A stretch of DNA of 54,046 nt, the filler included, from Basidiobolus ranarum (Eukaryota), in the NCBI GenBank assembly GCA_040143965.1. It is 4 parts of 4 records of this genome, joined end to end, with 100 filler letters (N's around TTAATTAATTAA, not from the genome) between each part and the next. Parts side by side here need not be neighbours in the genome. Positions count along the whole stretch, not along the records: positions 27,093 to 40,532 come from JASJQH010007358.1; positions 40,633 to 54,046 come from JASJQH010007360.1; 2 more parts are not named here. One strand, 5' to 3'. Below are positions 36,904-46,577 of this stretch, in pieces. A program made the translations under genes and the position numbers. The notes beneath the pieces are model-generated. The model had not been told where the DNA came from, searched no databases, and worked only from the letters and a program-made list of their open reading frames with translations. Each line of letters opens with the position of its first letter. Positions within the stretch are counted from its first letter, which is position 1.

Positions 36904-38282
36904 CTACCGCACAGTGCTCTCAAGAGCGCCTAGGACAATCTCCTGGAAAGTCAGAGTATCTCTTTTCGCTAAGTTAGTCTGTATAGTTCGTCGGAATGCT
37001 TTCCCCCTCCCTCCCTTAAATATGTTGTATAATGGCCGAATCAACACACTAATACTCATGTCTCCCCTTTCGTGTAACTTGGAAGCATAATCCAGATAAC
37101 TCAGAACCACAGCTTCTTCTGTAAGTTCAGCTTTCTGTGTATCCCCTAATAGTTCTATCTCAAAAGTTAAAGAATGTTCGCAATTTCAATAAAGCGAGTC
37201 ATGGGAAGCTGATAACATACCACGATCCAAAGTGTCTAAAAACATCGGATGCTCTCGTACTACAAACATAGAAACGAATCAACTAACTGAAGTTTTATCT
37301 CACATTGAACCAGAGGGTACGTACTTTTGCGGCCTAACATAACGCCATGAACGACTTTTAAATGTTCGCGTATCTGATCAACTGTCTCAATCCCACCATT
37401 GATAGTGAATTTCAAATGAGGAAAATCGTGTCGTAATTTGTATACTCTTGAGTAATCCAGTGGGGGTATCTTTCGATTCTCTTCGGGAGAAAGTCCCTTT
37501 AACCAAGCCTTTCTGGCGTGAACAATAATATGCTGGACTGGTGTTTGATTGGTGATGGAGTTAATCTAGTTCAATTTAGAATGAGCCAAACGGTCTGAAA
37601 AGAATATCGAGAAAATGAAAAGCTTGCTTACAAAATCACATAAATACTCGTAGCTGTCATATTCATCTACACCAATTCTACATTTGACGGTGACTGGTAT
37701 CGTTACGCCAATATCAGAGATATGGGTTAAAATTTCTCGAACTTTTTCCGGCGTTTTCATTAGTACGGCCCCGAAAGAACCTGCCTTATGAAGAGTGTCA
37801 GTTCAGACTTAAAATCCTAGAGAACAATTAGGAAGTAGAAGGGAGGTGGTTGTCACAAAACTCACTTGAACTCTTGAACTCGGGCAACCAATATTAATAT
37901 TCACTTCAGAGAAACCAGAAGCTTGAAGTATGTTTGTTGCTTGAGCCATGGTTTCAGGGTCAGTACCACCTATCTGAACAACTGTATTTTCTTCTGGTGG
38001 ACCACATAATCTTTCCAGTTGTTTTTCCCGATTAATGATAGCGTTTACGTGATACATTTGTGTATACGATATGTTCTTTTTCGAGGGGGAAATAATCCTT
38101 AAGAGTTGCAAAAAATGGGGGTCTGTCACATCTACCATGGGTGCAACACTAACGGGCTTGCTGAAAGGTTGGTGAGGTTCCAAAGTTTGGTTAGGAACAC
38201 TTTGTATCCTTCTTATGCAAGTAATGGCATGTGATTTTTTCAAGTGATGGTTTAGAAAGGTTGTCGAATGAAGTAACCACAT
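36904..38282 (-). CDS. tRNA-dihydrouridine synthase, DusA-type (multi-exon)
   Basis: [70 protein letters not shown]. The start codon is uncertain. Confidence 0.85.
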
Positions 38283-38910
38283 GTCGTTAAGGTGGACTTG
38301 ACCTTGGCTAGCCTTTGGAGTACAACAGTGATTTTCATGGCATCCGTGTGTTACTTTTATGGTAGATATTTTTTTCAATTTTTCAAAAGGAAAATCTCTC
38401 GAATACTCATTTAATGTATGCTGATTTCATACCAAATTTAGAAGATTTGAATTAAAGTATGCAACTTAATTGGTTGCTACTCAATAGGTCTACTATGAAT
38501 GCACGGTCAAGAATCCTAGAAGGATCCATAGCAGTGATATACAGAAGCACATACTTCAAGATTCTTTTATTGTGGTGATTCGATACTGTTCTAGCAGTAA
38601 ATAAATGAAGGGAGGGCTCCTTTGGATGATCCCAGTTTGGGGGGATTGGTTCGCAAGCAATCTGTCAAAAATGAAGTAGCCCAACAATGCATCAAAATCA
38701 TCGCAGCGTGGCGATGGAAAAGATAAGGAGGAAAGTCAAAGGTAGGGGATAATTAACTACATATACTCTTAAGGTAGGTCGGCATACAGTAGCCCTCAAG
38801 GTGGTCTCGTCCAAAATCAGTGTTTTGGACAAATCGGCTGAACCATTCGAAATATACAGAGGAATAGTTATGGCTAATGCAAAAGATCGAAGACAATTGT
38901 ATTTCGACCG

Positions 38911-39852
38911 TTATAGTAGGTGTCCGCTTCTTCTGATTGACGCTATGTAACATCCCATATTCACAAATGCCACTATGGCTGAACCCATATTATGTTTTGA
39001 GAAAATGTACTTCCATTGCTGTCGATTTGATAAGTGTTTAACATGGAAGCGAAGTTGAATGAGCGAGGTGAATGCAAAGGTTAAAAGCAGGATTTTTTGA
39101 GAGGATAAGTCTTTCATCCGGAAACCCATTAATGCCAGAAACGCCCATGGTAAATTCATTTCTCCCAAAAACTTGGAGATAAGTAAGGTAGTTGGATTCA
39201 GTTGGTCGATACCATATGGTAGATGCGCGTGTGATAAGAGTGAAGACTTCTCAGTTTTAGCTAAAGAGTATCCAACCATCAAATGCCAACTCGCTGTTGC
39301 CAAAAACGCAGTTTGGTTGGTTTTGAAAAGTACTAAGAAAGCCTGTAATAAATGATGTGCTGAGTTTAAAACTACTGAAAGTCCATCATCCGTACTTTCA
39401 GTGGTTCCTTTGAAAGTCTGGTTATTAGTCCGACGAGGTTCGTAATTCAAAAAACGCCGGTTTATCCCCTTTTTAAGGTCTCTATTGTCATCGGTTGTAG
39501 TGCGCAAATCTGAGTACTGTGGTTGAGAATTACGTGTAGTATACACTGCATCCACCGATGAGGGATGATCTACATCAGGTTGATTTATTCTGGGGATTAG
39601 TTCATTTTCATCAATATTTGAATGGTTCTTTTCGGTTCCTTGTAGAGTTTCTGAGATGTCAGCTTCCTCGTCGTCAGTTTCCTCCGGGGTAAGACGAGAA
39701 TCTTCCTCTTCGCTCCAAGCTTGCGGAGATCTATCAACAATGGAGTATGGGTAGGTGGCCTGATCTTTCAATTCTTTGTTTGTGTGAGAAGGTTGAAATT
39801 GGAATCCTGGTTCTGGGTCTTCATATGAAGCAAACGACATAACTACCGACAT
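38911..39852 (-). CDS. Hypothetical protein: acidic disordered N-terminus, hydrophobic C-terminal segments
   Basis: Open frame of ~313 codons from the ATG at 39852; several candidate TM helices in the last 140 aa; no family recognised. Confidence 0.65.
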   Translation of the reverse strand: MSVVMSFASYEDPEPGFQFQPSHTNKELKDQATYPYSIVDRSPQAWSEEEDSRLTPEETDDEEADISETLQGTEKNHSNIDENELIPRINQPDVDHPSSVDAVYTTRNSQPQYSDLRTTTDDNRDLKKGINRRFLNYEPRRTNNQTFKGTTESTDDGLSVVLNSAHHLLQAFLVLFKTNQTAFLATASWHLMVGYSLAKTEKSSLLSHAHLPYGIDQLNPTTLLISKFLGEMNLPWAFLALMGFRMKDLSSQKILLLTFAFTSLIQLRFHVKHLSNRQQWKYIFSKHNMGSAIVAFVNMGCYIASIRRSGHLL

Positions 39853-40532
39853 TATCCGTTGTCTATGAGTTTCACTATTAGCTGCTGCTAGGGAGTTACA
39901 ATTGGTATGTAGGGTTCTGGATGAATGTAGATTTCTCAATCAGTGAACCACAAACAAAAGGGTGCAAGTACTAAACGTCTATAATGAAAGTAGCCTTAAC
40001 CCTTGAAAATCGGAGTCCCCATAAAATTTGCTCTCAACCCGGATATTAATCAGATAGCTCAAGTTCCAGACTAAGGGGTTGATGATCTTGTGTCATAAAG
40101 AAACATCCATCTATAATTTATAGCAGATGATTCAAATACCCAAAAATGATCCAAGGATAATTCATAGGGAACAGAAGAGATCGGTATTTGTTGAGGCGAC
40201 GTACACATAGATAATAGTGGCCTACATCAACTAGAGGATGGGACTGTCAGACTGGTTGACAGATGCTCACATGAGATAATATGTTCAAGGGAGAAATGTT
40301 TCAAGCAGCTATAATCCCTGGATTTCACTTTGGGCATTGGGAAAGGAGGAACAAAGGGTAGGAAAGTGCTGACAGGATCATTTCCATAATTGCCTCTAGT
40401 CAACAACCAGCCGCAAAAGACTGGAGATCGGCCCAAACAGCACATGGTGAGGATAATGTGTCTCTGACCTTATTTGGTAAGTATTCTAAACAGCGGCCCT
40501 GGCCATTCGGAGTTGCGCCCCCACTTTGTAGG

Positions 40533-40632
40533 NNNNNNNNNNNNNNNNNNNNNNNNNNNNNNNNNNNNNNNNNNNNTTAATTAATTAANNNNNNNNNNNN
40601 NNNNNNNNNNNNNNNNNNNNNNNNNNNNNNNN
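40533..40632. other. Artificial contig linker
   Basis: N run containing TTAATTAATTAA. Confidence 0.97.
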
Positions 40633-40726
40633 CTCCTCGCGCCCCCCCCAGGGGGGGCCGGAATTCATTAGCAATGAAAGAGATTTATAAAGAGAGCACA
40701 ATAACAAACCATCATTACAAACTAAG

Positions 40727-41599
40727 ATGTTTAAACTCCCTCGAAAAGTAATTGACTTTCTGCCCAAAAGTTTACCAACTAGGAAAGTTCCTTCCCACAG
40801 TCGACGATTTTTCTACACCATTGATGAGTTTCCTTCTAATGCTGCACTAGTGCCAGGGGTATTCACCACTTTTACCTTATCTAAAGTGACTCCGGTTAAC
40901 TCTACTAGTTCTATATTTCGTTTTGCCCTACCACCAACACATTGCTTAGGGTTAAACGTTTCTTCCTGTATCGTTGCCAAACTTCCAGACCAATTGAGTG
41001 GGGGGACTTTTATTGCTCGACCTTATACACCCATTTCAGACGAGAAGACCTTGGGATATTTTGAGTTACTTATCAAACGATATCCAAATGGTCCACTCTC
41101 CGAGTATTTTCATGGACTTTTACCAGGAGAAATGGTAGAATTTCAAGGACCGTTTCCGAAATTCAGTTACAAACCCAATGAATTTTCCAAACTTGGAATG
41201 ATAGCTGGTGGTACTGGCATCACACCGATGTATCAACTACTGAGAAAGATATTCCAAAATTCTGAAGATAAAACTCAAGTTAGTTTGATATTCGCCAACA
41301 AAAGAGAAGAGGATATTCTATTACGTGAAGAAATATTGTTCATGTGTCAAGAGAAGAGTTCACAATTTAAAGTTCATTTCGCTATTAGTGAAAATTCTCT
41401 GGGGGAAAAGACGAGGATAGATAAAAGGACATTGGAGGAGTACATGCCTTCTCCTGCACTGGGTGATGCTAGAATATTTATATGTGGTCCACCAGAGATG
41501 GTGGCTTATATTGCTGGTGAAGAAACCAAGATATCAAAGGAAGTGGGTGGTTTATTGAAAAGTTTAGGATACAGTGGTGATTCAGTGTACCGACTGTAA
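40727..41599 (+). CDS. NADH-cytochrome b5 reductase (MCR1/CBR-like)
   Basis: RPYTP, LLIKRYPNGPLS, MIAGGTGITPMYQ, LIFAN, ICGPP; basic presequence-like N-terminus. Confidence 0.92.
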   Translation: MFKLPRKVIDFLPKSLPTRKVPSHSRRFFYTIDEFPSNAALVPGVFTTFTLSKVTPVNSTSSIFRFALPPTHCLGLNVSSCIVAKLPDQLSGGTFIARPYTPISDEKTLGYFELLIKRYPNGPLSEYFHGLLPGEMVEFQGPFPKFSYKPNEFSKLGMIAGGTGITPMYQLLRKIFQNSEDKTQVSLIFANKREEDILLREEILFMCQEKSSQFKVHFAISENSLGEKTRIDKRTLEEYMPSPALGDARIFICGPPEMVAYIAGEETKISKEVGGLLKSLGYSGDSVYRL

Positions 41600-41623
41600 G
41601 CTTCATTGATCTCTCTCTGGTGA

Positions 41624-42093
41624 CTAAAATTGGACAAACATACTCTTTCGAGGTTTTCCATCGACATTCTTGGAACGGTGACCTTTTCCTTCTGTATCCT
41701 CGACTAGAATGATGTCGCCAGTGTTGAATCTCCTAGTCTCCATATCTGTGGTAGTAATATCTACCGAGCCATCCACCATGATAATAAATTGCTTACTAAG
41801 AAAAGCTGGTTAGTCATAAAAGATGTGTATACATTCCAAGGGTACAAACCATGGAGCATTATGCCAGTCCAAGTCGTAGGTTCCTAGAGAGCACAGGTCA
41901 TTACAAAGCCATCAAAAAGAAGGAAAACATTTCTCAACTGACCTTCTGTCTCACGAAACACAACGCCCTTCACGTCGTATTTCTTGGAGAGGTTTCCTAG
42001 GGGATTGGTGATATCCAAAGGTATATCCATATGCAAGAATTTTGACCCTCCATCAGAAGTAGTTACTATTCTAGTGACTTTGAATTCACTCAT
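41624..42093 (-). CDS. Small cupin-domain protein (3 exons)
   Basis: Introns 41942-41884 and 41849-41796 give ...FRETEGTYDLDWHNAPCKQFIIMVDGSVDI...GDIILVEDTEGKGHRSKN...MFVQF*. Confidence 0.8.
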
Positions 42094-42370
42094 GATAATC
42101 TAAAATGTAGCTTCAGTTGCTCCGCCAAACCATATTTTATACAGAGTTCTTGTGCATGTGATTGAGTAACCGGATGTCATCGGTAAAGGATAAATGATGA
42201 CTATTCTGAATCCGGATATTCCATTCGGTAAGCAATAATACCTTACTAAGCACATTAATTTGAATAATTCAAAGCCCATTACTAGATTGAATAGACGGAC
42301 ACACATAGTTACTTTACAGTTCAAAGCCCAGTGCTTCAGTGTGAGATAAATAGTGTTTCTTGACACGACT

Positions 42371-42947
42371 TTATTGGGAAGTATCCTCCACGTAAATTTG
42401 AGATAGACCAATTTTCATGTCCTCTGGAATCTGTTTAATAGGTCTTCTATCTGGCTGACTTACGAATACGTGAGTAAAGCCACCAATTACACTGGCGATG
42501 TCCTTATCTTTTTCAAAAATCCCAACTTGATACTTAACACTGGAGTTACCAATCTTGGTAATTGCCAAACCAGCTTCAATAACCACCGGGAAAGATACCG
42601 GAGCATGAAAAGTCGCAAAGGAAGAGATTACCAAACCAATAGGCCCGGTTGAACTGGAGGGTACCAGCTTACACTGCTGAATGAGATAGGTATTGACCAC
42701 GGTATCAATGTAGTGATAGAATATAGAGTTATTTATGTGGCCATATTGGTCGTTATCTGACCATCTAAAAGCATTCTATAGTTTAGTTTCCAACCATTAC
42801 CAAGTCCAAGTTAAAATAAAAGACTTGCCTTGTTTGTATTGGTAAAATGAACTTATAGAATTCTCTTTTCCTAATTGCTGGAATATTAGGAATATCTTTA
42901 CCTTTCATATGGTGGGTCAATTGAGTTAATCTCCTTCCTGCTGACAT
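42371..42947 (-). CDS. Hotdog-fold acyl-CoA thioesterase (4HBT/YbgC-like)
   Basis: IQTR-WSDNDQYGHINNSIYYHYIDT, KIGNSSVKYQVGIF, GFTHVFV; one intron at ~42766-42828. Confidence 0.87.
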
Positions 42948-43195
42948 TATGAAACGACGAAGAGAGCAGAAACCAAGTGCAACACAAGGTGAAGTGAGCT
43001 GAACTGTGACGTATTTAAAGCAATTTACATGAGGAATAAATTATCCTAAAGTGAAGCTTTATTATTAGCCACCTTGATAGTTATGACTAAAATATATACA
43101 TAAAATTATGGATATCTAAGAGCATGCAGGAAGTTCCCAAGAAAGAAGTTGATATCATAAACGCAGCTCACAATACTAATTTGAACACATCCATA

Positions 43196-44548
43196 TCAAT
43201 CCGATATTCTACCTAAATCGGTGGCATCGACTGGGTTGTAACGAGGATACCAATCGTCAGCATTCAACTTTTCAGCAAAGTCGATAAACTTACATTCACT
43301 CCCAGAGATATACCTTCTAGTCGGTTTGAGTGTCATAGCTGCAACAGTCTCAGAAAAACCACTTCGTGTGATAACCAAAGCGTCCATTTGTTGGAGAATA
43401 AACCAATCAGAATAGGTGCGAACGTTATCTTGAAAAAGCTTCCCAGCTGAATCACGATCCAAATGAGTGATATTTCCTTGATTGAAATACAGGTCGTATT
43501 GAAGTTTTTGAAATTCTTGGTGTAGTAATTGAATGGCAGATTGTGAATCAGTAGCAACAAAGAATATCGGTTTAAGAGGAGTAGAGTGTTCTTGAACATA
43601 TTTTTCATACAAGGATACTGCTTCCGCGACGAAACATCTTACTGCCACTTCAATATTCACTCGTTTAGGATCATTCCACACACCCTCACCTCCGGTACGC
43701 ATGTGAAGTCCGATTTTGTACACCTCTCGAGCATCCCATTGCTGTGTCACATTATTTATATACGGTAGAAGTTTGTTTGAAGGTGTGGTTAACAGAATAC
43801 GTGCGGCAATGGTGTAGAGATAACTAGCAGGTAATTGATGAAGTTGATATTGCTTTCCAGCCTCGGAGCCCCAGGTATTATTCTTTGTCAATCTAACCCA
43901 AAATGCTTGATTAGAGTGAACATTGATTTTTTCAAAACGTTTCCACTGCTCCAAGAAATTCATGGAATAGGAGTCTTCAATCACTGCTGACGAATCAGTA
44001 TCACCGTAGTTGAGAACTGAAGTCTTTCCCTTGTCCATGGATATTCTAGTACTAATCCAATCAATCCCATTGGAGTTTGGAACGATAAATTCTTGTAGTA
44101 AAAGAGGCTTAGTCCATTCAATTTTGAACTGAGAGTCAGTTAGTAAAGCAAGATAGAAAGTGGACAGAACTCCTTGGATTCGATCACCCAAACCACCACA
44201 AAGATCATCATCTTTACATACAAAGGATATTGTCCGAGGTACACCACAAGAAGTGACGCCTTCCAATTCCATAATATGTTTATATCTGCTTTGAACTGCG
44301 TTTACAAATTCATCTAGTTTCCCACTTTTATCGTCCTCCACGATATCCCCAGTCAGTCCAGCAAAAGAGAGATATGGAAATTCATAGCCATGAAGACGTA
44401 AACAATCAATATACGTAGATCTAACTTTTACAAGGAATTCTTCAAAACGACCTTGGTGTATGCCAAGAAGTAGAACTATAAATACTATTATAGAAACGGT
44501 AGAGAGGATATGATTCTTTAAGAGTTGAAGGATTTTTCTAATAATCAT
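43196..44548 (-). CDS. Type II membrane GT-B glycosyltransferase, fucosyltransferase-like
   Basis: N-terminal TM anchor; GGLGDR, GLHMRTG, FVATDS, DWFIL...SGFS motifs typical of GDP-fucose-using enzymes. Confidence 0.72.
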   Translation of the reverse strand: MIIRKILQLLKNHILSTVSIIVFIVLLLGIHQGRFEEFLVKVRSTYIDCLRLHGYEFPYLSFAGLTGDIVEDDKSGKLDEFVNAVQSRYKHIMELEGVTSCGVPRTISFVCKDDDLCGGLGDRIQGVLSTFYLALLTDSQFKIEWTKPLLLQEFIVPNSNGIDWISTRISMDKGKTSVLNYGDTDSSAVIEDSYSMNFLEQWKRFEKINVHSNQAFWVRLTKNNTWGSEAGKQYQLHQLPASYLYTIAARILLTTPSNKLLPYINNVTQQWDAREVYKIGLHMRTGGEGVWNDPKRVNIEVAVRCFVAEAVSLYEKYVQEHSTPLKPIFFVATDSQSAIQLLHQEFQKLQYDLYFNQGNITHLDRDSAGKLFQDNVRTYSDWFILQQMDALVITRSGFSETVAAMTLKPTRRYISGSECKFIDFAEKLNADDWYPRYNPVDATDLGRISD

Positions 44549-44940
44549 GGTGCAAGTGAAGTGAGAAATAGGAGATGGTATAAATATGTTCTTGCAAGCG
44601 ACAGATCGACATCTGAACCTTCCTTCCTCTTATTTATATCTATATATGCAAGTGAGTTGCATATTTGGACATGATTTGACCCTGACAAGTAGCTTTCCAG
44701 ATATGTGCAGATTGTAATAGCTACTGATTGCTTTCAATTTACGGTGTACTAGTTTACAACGATGCTTCAACAACGATATTAAATAGGTTTGACACTCTAT
44801 CAGTAGATATGTAATAATGTGGAACAATAAAGTTGAAGTAGATATACACATTTTATTTACAACAATGTACACCTTGAGAATATCTAAGAAAAAGATTTGG
44901 TTAGAATCAGAAATATTTGGATTTTAACCTTTGCCATAAT

Positions 44941-45030
44941 AATAGTTTCAGTAAATGGCATGGTAACTGCCGGTATAATCACTATGTATCATTAGACCGT
45001 CGTGAAAATTTGTATCATCATATAACTATT
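44941..45030 (-). ncRNA. snR73: Box C/D snoRNA, snR73 homolog (25S Cm2959)
   Basis: C box ATGATGA; guide TCACGACGGTCTA followed by D' ATGA, complementary to LSU UAGACCGUCGUGA; C' GTGATTA; D box CTGA; AATAGTT/AACTATT stem. Confidence 0.9.
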
Positions 45031-45207
45031 GTTGAATCATGGCAAAACGCTAACGGTGCAGAAATCAACTTACTTTGACAGCAGTGTCATTAGGAGCATC
45101 ATTGGAACACCATGGAGCAAACGAGATTGAATAAACACATAGTAAGCCTGTAAATAAGTAGTAGGTTAGATAGTTGCTAGTGAATAGTGTGGATAGTAGT
45201 CGAGTGT

Positions 45208-45283
45208 AGTTTATCAGTGACGAAAGGTATCCTTCATTAAGATCGGACATATGCTTGTCTTTGTCTAACTCATCCTTTAAACT
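45208..45283 (-). ncRNA. snR74: Box C/D snoRNA, snR74 homolog (18S Am28)
   Basis: Variant C box AGGATGA; guide AGACAAGCATATG followed by D' CCGA, complementary to 18S CAUAUGCUUGUCU; D box CTGA; AGTTTA/TAAACT stem plus outer TAGTCGAG/CTCGACTA stem. Confidence 0.9.
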
Positions 45284-45441
45284 TCTCGACTATAAGATAT
45301 GGGAGATATGCTTACCAAATGATGAACTGGAGTATTCCTGAGATAAGTGAGTATGTTGTGTGGCCAAATGAGATAAACTACAAAATTCTGGATAATTATT
45401 AATATGGATTATGGAGATGGAAATAATTGGAATGCGACAAA

Positions 45442-45530
45442 ATCAATCAGGTTTTGGCATGAATGGTAGTAAAGATGGTGTCAACAGTGAATAACTCATT
45501 CTGACTCGTCATCAAAGTCATCATCTTGAT
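45442..45530 (-). ncRNA. snR75: Box C/D snoRNA, snR75 homolog (25S Gm2288)
   Basis: C box ATGATGA; guide GATGACGAG followed by D' CAGA, complementary to LSU CUCGUCAUC; CCATTCATGC element; D box CTGA; ATCAA/TTGAT stem. Confidence 0.87.
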
Positions 45531-45693
45531 TTTTATACACATTGAAATGAAAATTTCACTCACCATATCAAAACCATTACATTCATTATGAACAAAGACG
45601 GCATTAATTGGTGGCTACGGTGAAAACGGTAATAAGCCTAAGAATCATTGATATTAGTATAAAGAATTAAAATATACGGTGATTTTGGCTTTT

Positions 45694-45775
45694 TCAGAAA
45701 GAGTACAGTGCAAAATTATCCATCATGAATTTTCGGCCGGTAATTCCAGCTTTTTTTGCGTGTATATCATCATTT
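45694..45775 (-). ncRNA. snR77: Box C/D snoRNA, snR77 homolog, copy B
   Basis: Paralog of 46173-46259 with the same guide and D' CCGA. The homologous D box reads CTGT; another CTGA lies 11 nt downstream (45697-45694). Confidence 0.75.
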
Positions 45776-45917
45776 AAACCATCCAAACAATCTAAAAGAA
45801 ACTCACCATTCGGTAAAAAAGTCGCGAGCACATGCTCTTTATATACAAGTCGAGCCTAACGATGTTACTAAAGTATTGTTAGAAGGTATTCATGATGAAT
45901 AATGTTGTTGTTTAACG

Positions 45918-46019
45918 TGTATGTGATCGGTCATCGGTTTTCTAGGCCGGAAAATGCATATCGTCAGTGTCAGCGTCTAAACTGATCAGTGCCCAGTGCG
46001 TTTCGTCATCTCACATACA
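45918..46019 (-). ncRNA. snR76: Box C/D snoRNA, snR76 homolog (25S Cm2197)
   Basis: Variant C box GAGATGA; guide GCACTGGGCA followed by D' CTGA, complementary to LSU UGCCCAGUGC; variant D box CCGA; 9-bp terminal stem TGTATGTGA/TCACATACA. Confidence 0.85.
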
Positions 46020-46172
46020 TCCTTAAACATGATGTTGTAAATAAAACTCACCATAGTTGCTTCGTAGTGACCGGCACTAGAGTACGATCGATGAACTTCG
46101 ATATTTGAGGTTCTAGAAGATGAAAGATGAATCGTTAGAATTGCTTTGTATTTGATTCATGATTTTTAGCTA

Positions 46173-46259
46173 TTGGGTTGTCAGTGCAAAATCTTCCGTC
46201 ATGTATTTTCGGACGGTAATTCCAGCTTTTATTGCGTGTGTATCATCATTTAAACCCAA
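46173..46259 (-). ncRNA. snR77: Box C/D snoRNA, snR77 homolog (18S Um578), copy A
   Basis: C box ATGATGA; guide AGCTGGAATTACCG followed by D' CCGA, complementary to 18S CGGUAAUUCCAGCU; D box CTGA; 7-bp terminal stem TTGGGTT/AACCCAA. Confidence 0.92.
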
Positions 46260-46408
46260 CGTAGCCATGCTCTATAGAGAAAATACATACCATATTATAG
46301 TACAATCATCGGTAGCTTTGACAATCAACATCACTGATTGGAATCTGAAAGATGAATTACTATTAGAATGGATTGCTATAGGATTGGATGAAAGGGTAAG
46401 TTTCGTGG

Positions 46409-46490
46409 TTGCCCTCAGAGAGTGCGTTATAATCACTAAATGATTCAGAAACTCTAGTTTGAAATATAAAATAATTTCATCCCGGGGTAA
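46409..46490 (-). ncRNA. snR78: Box C/D snoRNA, snR78 homolog (25S Um2421 in yeast numbering)
   Basis: Variant C box GGGATGA; guide TCAAACTAGAGT followed by D' CTGA, complementary to LSU ACUCUAGUUUGA; C' GTGATTA; D box CTGA at 46418-46415. Confidence 0.85.
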
Positions 46491-46569
46491 TTGCAACTGT
46501 TGTTCAAAGTAAAGAATACTGTACCTGGTAGTGATGGAAGAGGTATGGGTCTAAGTTGTACTTGTGGCT

Positions 46570-46577
46570 TTTTTATA
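46570..46577 (-). promoter_or_regulatory. Candidate TATA box of the snoRNA host gene
   Basis: TATAAAAA on the minus strand, ~50 nt upstream of the first donor site. Confidence 0.5.

Larger units (their letters stand above)
44884..46545 (-). ncRNA. Spliced non-coding snoRNA host gene with 7 introns
   Basis: GT..AG introns with branch sites: 46524-46345, 46290-46113, 46051-45856, 45806-45638, 45563-~45388, 45315-45148, 45073-44884. Internal exons are ~50-75 nt, and the ATG-started frames I traced were short. Transcript ends are approximate. Confidence 0.85.

Noticed and set aside
40633-40665. GC-rich near-palindrome cccccccaggggggg followed by an EcoRI site
   Set aside because: It is at the contig edge and is probably low-quality or adaptor-derived sequence.
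45200-46230. rRNA-identical short segments (cggtaattccagct, catatgcttgtct, tgcccagtgc) as rRNA gene fragments
   Set aside because: They are only 9-14 nt long and flanked by C/D boxes on the opposite strand, so they are snoRNA guides.
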